64,000 nt of DNA, from NCBI GenBank assembly GCA_030141605.1, contig JAQGDQ010000613.1:63929-127928 (forward strand), read 5' to 3'. Shown piece by piece: positions 44,501 to 56,336 of the stretch (position 1 is the first letter of the stretch; each line of letters begins with the position of its first letter). The notes beneath the pieces are model-generated. The model did not search any database, had not been told where the DNA came from, and worked only from the letters and a program-made list of their open reading frames with translations. The DNA is from Tubiluchus corallicola. Its lineage: Eukaryota; Animalia; Priapulida. A program made the position numbers and the translations under genes.

Positions 44501-47500
44501 CTATTATGCACTAATTAAGTAGTTAACAGAAATTATCTACTTATTAAAAGTGATACGTTTTAGTGATGATTTGATACATTTTTACCACGTCGTTCCGATA
44601 CTAAAGCAAAACCGGACCCAGTCTTAAATTGCAGGTCGAAACAATTTACTCTTTAAAGTGTTGTAAGGAAGCATACTGTTTTTTCAAAAATGATTTATGT
44701 GAAAGAATTATTACCACACAAAGTCATTTTCGCATTCACACCACTAGTTCTTCACTGTTACATGCATTTTGCCATTCGCTAGTTAGATGAGTACTGGTGC
44801 CTGTATTTTGGAAATGTATTACACAAAAAACAGGTGCTATGCCTCTCTGTTCAAATGTGTTAGTTTGTGACGAACTACACACATTCGACAGCTCATGCTT
44901 GAGCACAACAGTAAATTTGAAATTTGAATTTTTATCTTAAAACATTTTAGTACAACACACTGAATATCTTACAGTAGCACTGTACTTCAATTTTTGCTTT
45001 TGCAAACACGTGCAACACGCTCATGGAATATTTTTGCCGTTGAAAATTATGTTAGTTTGTGGTGTCATCAATAGTTGGCTCGCCCATTGTTAATTATGTT
45101 TTCAATCTATAATTTAATTATCAGAAACGCTTTTGCAGCAGTAAATGTGTTAAAATGTATACTTTTATCAGACTTGAAAATGGGGTAGTATATGAAAAAT
45201 CATCCTGTTTTCCTTTAATGTTTCTTGTGTCTTTGCAAATCTGTGAAATTGCCTACAAGTAATAAGGACCCAAATACGCAAATGTACCGTGCATGTATAT
45301 TAGATACAATATTTCTTATTCTTTTAGGTACATGGAGCCTTACGTTATAGTTATTTTGGGTGGAATCTTGCCGTTCGGTTCCATATTTATTGAAATGTAA
45401 GTTTGTCACTTTTGCTGTCATTATTTGTCAAGTACAAATGGCCGATCGGATGTATTTTATTGGGCATGGGTAGAGCTGTGTAGAAAATGATGATTTGCTA
45501 GGCCTTCCCATTAAAAGTGCATTATAGTACTTCAACTTGTAACATCTTGTGCTAATTGTAGTACTTTTTAGTTTATATGTAAAATTCTGTAGGTAGTACT
45601 CACTAGTCTATTTGAACATACACAGTTCTCTAGTATGGTAAAGCAGTGCTGTTAACACTAGTGTTTTTAAATTTCAACTTAGGCCTACTGCGTTGAAATT
45701 TAAATAATATATGTAAACTAATTAAACCTATATCAATGAAACATGAGAAACCGATACCGAAACTAAACCGAACAGAAACATTTTTACAAAACCAGCTAGT
45801 GTTAAAACTGAAAAAAAGAAAAATCAAAAATAAGTAAAATATTTTGTTTTTTCGTTTGTCTGCTTTTATTTACGGTGATCCAAATTACTGATAAAAAAGT
45901 TCAATCATGTTTTACAGTATGGAACCTTAAGTTTGATCGAGTGGCTTACGCTAGAAAAATTAATGCGTTACAATATTTTTGGATTTAAGTATCCTTAATG
46001 ATTAATGTTTAAAGATCATAATGCTTCATTTTATTTTATTTTGTAGATATTTTGTTGCCTATAATATTTCATAAATTATAAAATTAAATGCGATTTTGCT
46101 CAAATAAATTCAAACGTGGTTTGATATTTCGGTTGATTGGGCCTGGAGACCCTAAACTTCATAATGGTCAGCACTGAAGATATGCCGAATGCTGTGAAAA
46201 GCACATCACAAGCTGTAATGTAAATGAAATTTTCGCTTTATTTGAACTATTTTAGCCAAGATTTTTCAGCAGTTCTTGACATCTAGGAGAAAAGAAAAGG
46301 TAAATAGGATAAATATTAGTAAAACCTCGGAAAAATGTTACCGAAGATTATCCGAAATTTCGGCTACAAAATTTAACAAATTCCAGCGAAACCGAAACTT
46401 AACCAACAGTGCAAGTATCGGTAAACCGAACCAAAAATTTCCTTTTGGTGACATCCCTGATTGAACAACTTTTGTCTTTCTGAGTTTAGACATTTTTTCT
46501 AAGCATTTCATATGTTACACTTCAGCGGGATATTCTTCAGAAAATCGTATTGTATATTTTGTGTCTGGTAACCACTAATTGCTTGGATTAATTAACTAAT
46601 TATTAAAATTTTTTGTGTTTTAGGTACTTTATTTTCACCTCATTCTGGGCCTACAAGATATATTATGTCTACGGCTTTATGCTTCTTGTATTTGTTATAC
46701 TGATGGTAGTTACCTGCTGCGTCACTGTTGTCTGTACATACTTCTTGTTAAATGCTGAAGATTATCGATGGTATGTTAATGTCATAGTGTGCTATATTTT
46801 TGTTTAAGGTATAACTTAGTTTAAAGTAGAATATAAGGGAATTTTAAAGTATTTACTCAATTAACTTTTCATGCAAAGTAGTATTACTTAGCATTATGCT
46901 TACCTGTTTGAAAAACTTATGTAATTCGAAAAGAAAATTATTAATAATTTAAAATATTCACGTCACCTGGTAAAATTGCACTGCATTGCCAATCCAGTGT
47001 GCACCACTGATTCACCAAAAAACGTTATTAATCTTACTGACAATATAAAGTAATTAAACTTTTGCTTAGCTAGCAAAGCATGTGCTACAAATGCTTTGAT
47101 AATTTTTTCAAACTTTACACAATGTTATCTAAACTTGTTTTAAACAAGTTAGCGTTAAAATGGCTGCACCTGACGGTCATCGCAGGAGCTTAATTTCCAA
47201 GTTTTTTACGGCGTTGGTGCTAATACAAACTTTGTGCGCAATAAAGCAGCATGAAAGTGATGCAAAATTTCAACACATATTTTTAAGCTTTATTTATGAA
47301 GAGTGTTTTCTTGTGCTTTAAGCCTTTTTGTTTGTGACAGATGTTATCATTTGAACTATTGGGTTGGGTGCTGTACATCAGTAGTTTTATTGTTGAATGT
47401 TATTTTATCACCCAAGTTCATTAAAGCCTACAGAGCTTAGAATTCTGTAGCTTTAGCTAACGTTTATTCACGAATTCAAATCCTGAATATGCTTTCTTCT

Positions 47501-50189
47501 AAAATGTGAGAACACTTTGAAAAGATTTTTATTGAAATATGTTTTTCTAGGCAGTGGACTAGTTTCTTAGCTGGTGGATCTACGGCAGCTTATGTGTATA
47601 TCTATTCTTTCTACTATTTCTTTTTTAAAACAAAGTAAGTAAACTCTAGTAATATGAGTAATATTAGTATCTTGATAAGAAGTTTCACTTTATTAAGCTT
47701 CTTTACATTTGTATGCAAGTTAGCTAAAAAGTTATAGGGTTCCAAAAGGGATGTTCAACAAATTATTTCGGAACTTTAAATAATGTTTACATGTATGTCA
47801 AAATAGCCTTTAGAGTAGAACTAAAATAAAAGAAATTGAAATATTTGAATGAAAGACAGTTTGTCTATAACTGACTGTCAATGTTTAAGTAAAAGTTTGC
47901 GTTAATTTGTGTTTTGCATAGTTTTCGTGTTTGTGTGCTTGCATGGCAAAATCACTCGTAAATTAGCAATTAAGCTTTTCTAGTTATTCACATAATCCTG
48001 AATTTCCATTTCATGAAGATTATTTTGATACCAAGTTCTACGCTGTATCTTATTTCTAAGCTGAGATATCCATGGTGAAGTTGAGGTGCTCTTTACACAC
48101 TGAAAAGCTTAATCTTGAGAAAATCCTTATTAAAGTTGGCCATTGTTTTTTGTCGCATTTCTACAAAACATTTAGCACCCGCACAAATGTTGGTTGCTAT
48201 GGATTTTGCAAGAACACATTGAAATTGTTTAAATCCAGTAGATGGCTCTTTCTAATGAAGATCTGGACTTGGTAACAGGAAAAATCCGAAGCAAAATGAT
48301 TGTTTCCATGAGCTACTACTGGAGTTTGAAAATACAAGTTTTTCACAATAATAGTGGTACTAGCTTTTAGCGCAGAAAATTGGTACAAAGTTATAATAAT
48401 AGATTTTTGGTGTTCTTTTGAACACTTTCTCCATAATTTTATGTGACAATATAAAAGTCCAATATATTTAGCATTTGCTTTTATAAAAAACACAAAATTA
48501 ACATTTGACCAAATTTTTTGTGCATTTTAATTTGAAGCATAATAACATAGTTTTAACTATGCTGTCTTGTGGACGGTTTTGATTTGCAAGCACACATTTA
48601 ATAACTTATAGTTACTTCCATGATGATGTCTACTTCAAAGCTTATGATTTTCTATATTATTATTTGCAGAATGTACGGTTTGTTCCAAACGACATTCTAC
48701 TTCGGATACATGGCGCTATTCTGTGCAGCGCTTGGAATCATGTGTGGTAAGTAACTGATCAAGATTCTGTGATTCATTAATTAGGTTATGACTGTGAATG
48801 CCAAACTGTTCATAAAAGTTTATCTTATAACGTTACTATCCTCGCGGGTAACGAGTTGAAAAAAGGAGATGCTGAAAAATTGTGAGCCAGTCGGGCACTG
48901 AACCGGAGACCCTAGAATTAGAATTTTTCAGCGTTGCCTTTCTTTACCTCATTACCTCCAAGGGTAACAATTGTTGTGAAATAAACTGTAATGGTTTATG
49001 AACATTCAGGCACAAACAGTTGTAACCTAATTAATAATATCTTTAATTGCGAGCTAATTTGATTGTTTGACTCATTAAATGGGGTTTACACAGTGGTGTT
49101 TGGTTAAGTTAAAATGAGCTTAAGTTAAAAGGAGTAAACCAGAAGGAATATTGCAGGAAGAATAAAAGTACACATACGTTTGCAAGAGAATTGGGTGCAG
49201 TGATTTATGTAGTTTTTGCCTCAGTTGCTACAAAAGTATTCTTGTATTTGGAAATGAGTTATGGTTAAGAGAGAGAGAGAGAGGCCCGATTCTGGGTTCT
49301 CGCGTGTAGTTCTTTGCTGTTACATGCATTCACTAGTTAGACGGGTGCCAGCATCTGCATCTTGTAATTGCACAAAAAAACAGGCACTGTGCTCCTCTGT
49401 TCATGTCTAGTTCAGTTGTGATGTGACACACATATTCGAGAATTTGTGTGAGCACAGCAGTAAACTTGAAATTTAAATTGTTAAACTTAAAATTTAGCGA
49501 GTTTTTGAACGTCACATTGAATGTTCTACAGTTGCACTGTACATCAATTGTTGCCTTTACAAACGCATGCAGCACACTTGTGAAATGTTTGTGCTGTTGA
49601 AAATTATGTTCATATGTGAAGCAATCACTAGCTGAGCTTGCACGCTGTTGATAAAGATTTAACCTATTATTCAATTATCAGAAACACCTTGACATTATTA
49701 AAGGTGTTGAAATGCGTACTTTTTATGAACTTCAAAATGAGATAGGATATGAAAAATCATCCTGTTTTCCTTTTAGTATTGAATCCATACTTAATAAAAT
49801 GAATTGAATTTGATGCTTAATGATAACTATGAGAATGCGTGCCTGTTAATGGTCACTGGAATTATAAAAACCCTAATGTGACTGTCTATTTGTATGGGCT
49901 GGCCTTTAGTTGACTGTGAATGTGTATGATAATGTCCAAAATGTTGTTAGAATAAGAAGTAACATTTCTGAGAGTTTCTAACCTGCATCCTTGGTTTCTG
50001 TCTTCATAACTTCCTTTTCAGAAAATAAATTGTAGTCACCATGGCAACTGCAGTGCAAAATGTAAATTACACTTTGTATTTGAGATTTTTTGTATATTAT
50101 AATTATATTTCCTTATTCTAGGAACGTTTGGTTATGTCGGTACGAATGCTTTTGTTCGAAAGATTTATGCCACCGTGAAAATCGACTGA
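34379..50189 (+). CDS. TM9SF3: Transmembrane 9 superfamily member 3, about 583 aa, 15 exons
   Basis: Exons 34379-34462, 37771-37966, 38588-38710, 39556-39716, 39901-39978, 40800-40931, 42036-42202, 43054-43148, 43433-43563, 44129-44268, 45328-45396, 46624-46770, 47551-47634, 48670-48746, 50122-50189 total 1752 nt. Signal peptide, then [73 protein letters not shown] and C-terminal VKID*. AATAAA at about 50985. Confidence 0.97.
36570..36989. mobile_element. Repeat family I, copy 1 (Kolobok-like end)
   Basis: Direct homologues at 44761-45214 and 49323-49771. Confidence 0.7.
37191..37669. mobile_element. hAT-type MITE with internal (ggagtc)n repeats
   Basis: TIR cagagctgtggagtcgg / ccgactccacagccatg; TSD tttctaac/tctctaac (7/8). 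Confidence 0.85.
38095..38524. repeat. Polypyrimidine low-complexity tract ending in (CT)n
   Basis: Directly visible in TM9SF3 intron 2. Confidence 0.95.
40190..40611. mobile_element. hAT-like MITE family H, copy 2 (inverted)
   Basis: cagggttccca ... ggaaccctg. Confidence 0.75.
42154..42446 (+). repeat. 148-bp tandem duplication of the TM9SF3 exon 7 end and donor site
   Basis: Units start at 42154 and 42302; donor gtaagt versus gtgaat. Confidence 0.92.
44761..45214. mobile_element. Repeat family I, copy 2 (Kolobok-like end)
   Basis: Ends catcctgttttcct|ttaa, which reads TTAA|AGG on the minus strand. Confidence 0.7.
45438..45705 (+). repeat. Intronic copy of sequence from the TM9SF3 3' UTR region (50531-50826)
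   Basis: Colinear over about 270 bp, with the identical core caacttgtaacatcttgtgctaattgtagtactttt. Confidence 0.85.
47932..48596. mobile_element. TIR element family F, copy 3
   Basis: tgtgtgcttgcatggcaaaatc ... gatttgcaagcacaca. Confidence 0.85.
48776..49035. repeat. Imperfect palindrome with a tRNA-like centre
   Basis: Arms attaattaggttatgactgt..gctgaaaaatt / aatttttcagc..acagttgtaacctaattaat. Confidence 0.7.
49323..49771. mobile_element. Repeat family I, copy 3
   Basis: Direct homology to 44761-45214. Confidence 0.7.
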
Positions 50190-51102
50190 TCCAGTCTGTA
50201 TCGTTAGTCCTGCATTACGCTCGTTAACAAATTGACAAGGATAGAGTTTGTTCTATAATTAATGATGTTATTTTATTATCAAGTTACCTTTGGTTACCCT
50301 GTTGAACTGTGGTTCTGGTCTGTACAATTTCAAGCTGGTGACATATTTTCTTAAGTCACTGTCTAAACGAGGTGCAATATGGCATACAATGAGAACGATG
50401 AGAGTGCACAATGTGGGAGCAAAATGCACAGTTATAAAGTTCAGGAGCATATTATTGAACTGAGGTGATATTGCGTGATTTTTAGTTAAAAATTTCAACA
50501 TCAGACATGTGTAAAGTTCGCCAGTAACATATAGCTGATTGGATTTGTTTCATTTGACATGGGTAGAGCCTTGTAGTAATATTAGAAAATGATGCTTTGG
50601 TGGGCCTTCTGATCAAAAGTACATTACAGTGCTCCAACTTGTAACATCTTGTGCTAATTGTAGTACTTTTAATTGATATATAAAATTCTGTATGTAGTAC
50701 TTACTAGTCTATCTGAACATACACAGTTCTGTAATAGTGCAAAACAGTATTGTTGACTAATGTATTTAAATGGTAACTTAGGCCTACTTAAATAGGCCTA
50801 ATTAGGCCTATTCCATTGAAATTTAATTAGCAGAGTAAGCTAAGTATATCAGTTCTTGATACTGATGAGTACTGTTTTTACTCTCATGATAAATTCAGTA
50901 CATTATTTTGATGTATTTACTCCATTTTGCATGATGTGCTACGTTGAGTATCGCTAAATTATATTTTAATGACAAGTTTGTATGAATAAACTGTAAATAC
51001 AAATGTGTAATTATTAGCTATAAGTTTGGTGTTTTCCTTGGGCTATTAACAAACTGTTTCTGGCAAAATGTTTCCTTTTTACATGATGTGAACAAAGTTC
51101 AT

Positions 51103-51566
51103 ATGAATATGTAGTGTGGCTGTGTCGGTGTGACACATGAATATGTAGTGTGGCTGTGTCAGTGTGACACATGAATATGTAGTGTGGCTGTGTCAGTGTG
51201 ACACATGAATATGTAGTGTGGCTCTGTTTGTGTGACACATCTGAATATGTAGTGTGGCTCTGTCGGTGTGGCACATGAATATATAGTGTGGCTGTGTCGG
51301 TGTGACACATATGAATATGTAGTGTGGCTCTGTCAGTGTGGCACATCAATGTGTAGTGTGGCTCCGTCAATGTGACACATTGAATATATAGTGTGGCTCT
51401 GTCGGTGTGGCACATGAATGTGTAGTGTGGCACGTGAATGTGTAGTGTGGCTCCATCAATGTGACACATCTGAATATATAGTGTGGCTCCGTCAATGTGA
51501 CACATCTGAATATGTAGCGTGGCTCTGTCGGAGTGGCACAAGAATATGTAGAGCAACTCCGTCAAT
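51103..51566. repeat. Minisatellite, ~34-37 bp unit, about 13 copies
   Basis: Unit tgaatatgtagtgtggctctgtcggtgtgacaca(tc). Confidence 0.95.
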
Positions 51567-52712
51567 GGGAAATAGTTGTAAAGTCAAAATAAAAAGTGTT
51601 GAGTTGCCAAATCGTCTTTCTTGGCAGTTTACTGCTCATATGTTCAACGAAATTTATCTTAAACACACAAGCATAAGAGCATAACAAACGCTATGAATAT
51701 TATGTATATAAGTGAAAAGTGATTATTACTGAATCATTTGCATAAATGTAAAACTCTTCTGTATTCCAGTTTTTGAAGGTTTTCTTGCTGTACTTAATAG
51801 TAATGGCACTGATTTGTCTTGTTGTTTTGATTCTGTTAACCAGTTTCTTTACATTGCTTGTGAAATTTATTTATTGATGTTTTTGCTTATGATCATACAT
51901 GTGCTTGGAGTGGACACCGGTCAGTGGTGGGCTGACTGCCCTACACTGCTGTCTATTGTATGTAAAAGAGAGTCTTTAATTGGCCTGTTTCCATATTTTA
52001 TTAAATTTCATCATTTAAATTGTTGTAAACTGTGAGCTGTATAATAAACCTAATAAGTTTTATTAATTGATTTCTTCACGAGCATTTCTTTAAAAGTTAG
52101 TATTTGTAATCTTTAAATTACTTGTTTATAAAATCATTAATAAGAAAAGGGATTTCGTGTTGATTAAGTCAATGACACAAACTTGGATTCATGAAAACAA
52201 ATACAAGATCAGCTGGTGCCTACTGCTAATACAAGTACTGCACATCATAATTATTTTGCTTATACCTAGTCCACACGGTCTTTCAAAAGTATTCAAAAAC
52301 ACTGAACTCTGTCCACATGATAAGTTTTCATTAACAGTTACTTTGCGCATTACTAGTTGCTGAAGGGGTGTTCTCTAACGTCTCTTCATTTCTGAAAGAG
52401 CGCCAAAATGGCTTGTTGGAAAACGAGCTTCGTTTTAGTTTAGCATGGGCTGCAAAGGAAGTGTGAAACTAAGGGAAAAAGAACTTCGAAAAAGAAATGA
52501 AACAAGAAGACAAAAAATTTCGGGAATTAAAAGCAAAAGTGCAAATTTGGATAACACCAACTATGTTTAATTACTTATACTTAGCCCACACATTTCTTCA
52601 AAAGAATGACATTCAAAACACAGAACTCTATCCACTGTTACTTTGCGCATAACGATTTCTTGAAGGGATGTTCTCTAACTTCTCCCTCGTTTCTGAAATA
52701 GCGCCAACACGG

Positions 52713-53560
52713 TGTCGCGAACGTTGTGTTATTCTAGTTTTGCTATTAAAGTTAATTACAGTTTCGACGTTTCTAATTTGAAAGATAGAAAGGCGGGAGA
52801 GCTATTAAGAAGGGCTGAAGATGGGATAAAGACGACAACGTCCGGATTAATCTAGGAAAATAAAGAGAAAGAGACAATCCAAATCTTATTAAATTGTTTT
52901 TATATTTCAGAATAAACTATGCATAACGCTTAGCAGAATGTTTAGTAGTTCACTGTGTGTATTTAACCTGCATAATTTATCGTTTTAATGTTTAAACAAA
53001 TTGAAACCCAGCAATGAATAAAAGCAAAATTAAAATTTGAGTTAATTTATTTATTAGCCATGGCTAATAAAATCTAATAAATAATTGAATAATGTAACTT
53101 AATTTTATGGATTCACTTCATAAACGTATACGCGATTTTATCACAATTACTGCACAGGAAAGAACACTACGTTTCACATATTAGATTTCACAAAATATCA
53201 AAATACATTATAAGCAAAGAGTTACATTTGGAGTATCAAGCTGATACGTGTCAAACAGTCAGCGTATACAGAACCGCATAACTTGTATAAATTTTACGAA
53301 GAAAGCAGTTAACAGCCGATGCATATCAGGTCAAGTGGTCAAGCTAGCGTAAAACTATATGTAAGAAAACCACGTAAGTAACCTACAGATTGACATGTAC
53401 AGATTATTTATGATCACCAGGAAAGGTTAAGCAAACTAAATGTATTTAAAGTAAAAATAAAACATTTTGAAGGAACGCAGCTGCATTGTTAACCAAAAAT
53501 AAAAATGAAAAGTCATTACAAAACATAGAATTGAACTCTACTCCTGTGCGTCGCGCGACA
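52713..53560. mobile_element. Solo LTR of an LTR retrotransposon
   Basis: TGTCGCG...CGCGACA termini; perfect 5-bp TSD cacgg; the empty-site paralogue is visible near 52400-52415. Confidence 0.85.
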
Positions 53561-54775
53561 CACGGCTTGTATGAAAACAAGGCTTGCTTTAGCACGTGCT
53601 GCAAAGGAAGTGTGAAATCAAAGAAAAGAGAATTTTAGCGAAGAAACGAAACAAGAAGTTATGAAATATTTCCGAAAAGCAGAAACGCAAATAAATTTTA
53701 AATTATATTTGGCTAACACCAAGTATGCTGGATTACTAGACAAAATTTCACCTCTTAATAATGCAAAAAGAGTATGTTGTCAAGGTACCGTAGCTTGCAG
53801 AATTTTCAAAAATAAAAAAATGCTGTGATGGCAGCTATAAGAATGTTAAATTTTGTGAAAATGCTTCACTCTACTGATCACAAAGTCTTGGAAAATAAAT
53901 ATAATTTTAGAATTCTCGTTCCCTTTTCCTTTTCTGACTTTTGTATATTTTTGGACATTGTTGCATTCTTCTGAAAGTAATGGAAGATGACTTCCGAGTG
54001 TTCCTGTTTTTCAAAGATACCATCTCATCTTTCCTGATTCACGGACGCGTAGGGATACCTGTCCTAAATCTTACATAATTATTGTAAGGAATAATATGGT
54101 CCCGGGTGAATTATATACCGTTTTTTTTGTGTTACATGTGGTGCCACAATATTGGAGTAAATTATATTCATTATGGAACAATTACCTATAGCGAGATTCG
54201 ATAATTTTCTGATGAACGAAGATACGTTTGAAGTTAATTCAGCTCTAATTTTCATTCTGGGAAAGTGAAACTCACAATTATGATAACAATTAAAAAGACG
54301 TAAAAACCCTATCCATCAGATATATTAGAATATTATATTGTTTTCATGTAGATTTGAATACATGTACATAAATGTTAGCTCTCGAATCTAAAATAATTGA
54401 TGAAAATATTTGCGTATTGTAAATAGGCGAAATGAGTGTAACAGTTGTTTATATGGGTTATAAAGTCAACAGCTTCCAATTAGCCTACTTCTGTTTTTAA
54501 TTGTATGGCATCATTAATGGCAATTGTAAATGTCTAATATTAATTTACTAACAGCTTCTGCGTTTAATGAGCGACGACTCTACACAAAAATTTGCACAAG
54601 TGACCTAACAAATACCGAACGAGACACAAGTCTAGAGCACGAGCCAAACATATTCAGAATCCATATATAATTCTTGTTGCAGTACAGAATATGTTTTCAA
54701 AGTGTGGTTTTTTGTATTGCCAGCCATTTATATACTATGTGATTTTCTTATAGTCTAAATAATGTCCGATAATCT

Positions 54776-56095
54776 TTAACCAGCTGGGTTGCGCATAAAT
54801 GGACTTAGTCTTGTTTCGTCGTAATCGACTTTCTCTTGGACAACAATCGTTTTCACTTTTGGATCCACTTCTTGTTTCTCAACCGACTTCTTCAGTAATT
54901 TATCTGGAGACAGCGTGGACAAAGGCAGGGATGTTTGGTTCGATGCTTTCTTCTTCGGAATGCCACACGAATCAATCGAAGACGTGTTGTCTTGACAGCG
55001 ACAACGACTAATGTCCAGACAGTGCTTCCGAAATTTTTCCTGGAAAAGAAAATAGGAAATCGGATCGAATGCACAACTGGAAAGAGCCAGCATACTGAAA
55101 AACTGGCTGAGAAATACAAGTTTCTCCGAACTCTGTACCGCTGGGCAGCCATCCAGTGACTGCTTATGTACCAGGACTAACTTAAACACGTGTAAAGGTG
55201 TCCAGCATAATATAAAGATCAACATCATAATTACACACATTCGAACACACATTTTCCTGTAGTGGACACAGACTTTGGCAGCCTGCACTGAATCACCAAC
55301 AGGCTTTCTGATCCAGAGCCGATGACCTATTCTGACATAGGTATACCCCATCACGGCCACTGGTATAACAAACATTGCTCCAAACTTTAGCCACATATAA
55401 ATCTTCTCCATCTTCATGGATAATTCGATCTTCTCAAAGTCGTCCACCCAAAGTTCTACGCAGTAACGTGTAGTCCCATTTTCCGTATCCAGCTCCACGA
55501 CATCGTACGCAATCAGGCATGGAATTCCAAATACGATGGCGGCAAGCCAGACGATCACAATGATCCAATGTGTGGCGAGGAAACGTTTGCGCACGCGATG
55601 ACGTAGTGGATGAACAATGGCACAAAAACGTTCAATGGCAATGCAACACAAAGTGAAGGAGTTGATGGCAATGGCTGTATCCTGTGTGAAAGGAACAAGT
55701 TTACACAAACCAGCTCCCCGTTCCCACTCTAGGTCCACCACCACCATGACAAGTTGAAACGGTATGCAAATTAACGTTATTATTAAATCGCTAATAGCCA
55801 GAGAACAGATGAACATGTTCACTTTTGTCTTCATGTCCTTAAAGAAGCCAATGATCCACAGGGTGACGATGTTGCCAAAGATGGAACAGAGTATGATTGT
55901 CGCGTACATCAGTGACAGGATGACCTTGGTCGCAGAAGTTGTCGCATGACTTGGAATGTCCACGATGTTGTCACGTGCTTCAAAAACATACAGAAGATTC
56001 CATTTACCTGTGTTGGTGGAATCAGAGCTATTTGTCCACAAAATAAGTGCTTCCAGCAAATTTTCTTTGATTAGCTCCTTCTTACTGCCTTCCAT
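54776..56095 (-). CDS. Rhodopsin-like (class A) GPCR, neuropeptide-receptor-like, 439 aa in a single ORF
   Basis: Seven hydrophobic segments with TM1 GN, TM2 SLAISDL, ECL1 W..G..LCK, TM3 IAIERF, TM5 FVIP, TM6 FILCWTP and TM7 DPISY. The ligand family cannot be assigned by eye. Confidence 0.93.
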   Translation of the reverse strand: MEGSKKELIKENLLEALILWTNSSDSTNTGKWNLLYVFEARDNIVDIPSHATTSATKVILSLMYATIILCSIFGNIVTLWIIGFFKDMKTKVNMFICSLAISDLIITLICIPFQLVMVVVDLEWERGAGLCKLVPFTQDTAIAINSFTLCCIAIERFCAIVHPLRHRVRKRFLATHWIIVIVWLAAIVFGIPCLIAYDVVELDTENGTTRYCVELWVDDFEKIELSMKMEKIYMWLKFGAMFVIPVAVMGYTYVRIGHRLWIRKPVGDSVQAAKVCVHYRKMCVRMCVIMMLIFILCWTPLHVFKLVLVHKQSLDGCPAVQSSEKLVFLSQFFSMLALSSCAFDPISYFLFQEKFRKHCLDISRCRCQDNTSSIDSCGIPKKKASNQTSLPLSTLSPDKLLKKSVEKQEVDPKVKTIVVQEKVDYDETRLSPFMRNPAG

Positions 56096-56101
56096 CGTTG
56101 C

Positions 56102-56179
<78 letters not shown>

Positions 56180-56237
56180 TGTTGTTGTTGTTGTAGTAGT
56201 AGTAGTAGTAGTAATAGTAGCAGTAGTAGTAGTAGTT

Positions 56238-56335
<98 letters not shown>
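56102..56335. repeat. (AGT)n/(TGT)n trinucleotide microsatellite abutting the GPCR ATG
   Basis: 78 triplets with few interruptions. Confidence 0.97.

Positions 56336-56336
<1 letters not shown>

Noticed and set aside
50779-50810. taggccta repeats as a taxonomic clue
   Set aside because: Too few and too unspecific to assign a phylum
51103-51566. CRISPR-like array, or the 183-aa His/Cys-rich ORF 51014-51565
   Set aside because: Units are contiguous with no unique spacers, the context is eukaryotic, and the ORF is a by-product of the repeat
54799-55949. Short ORFs overlapping the GPCR
   Set aside because: Alternative-frame or antisense shadows of a real CDS
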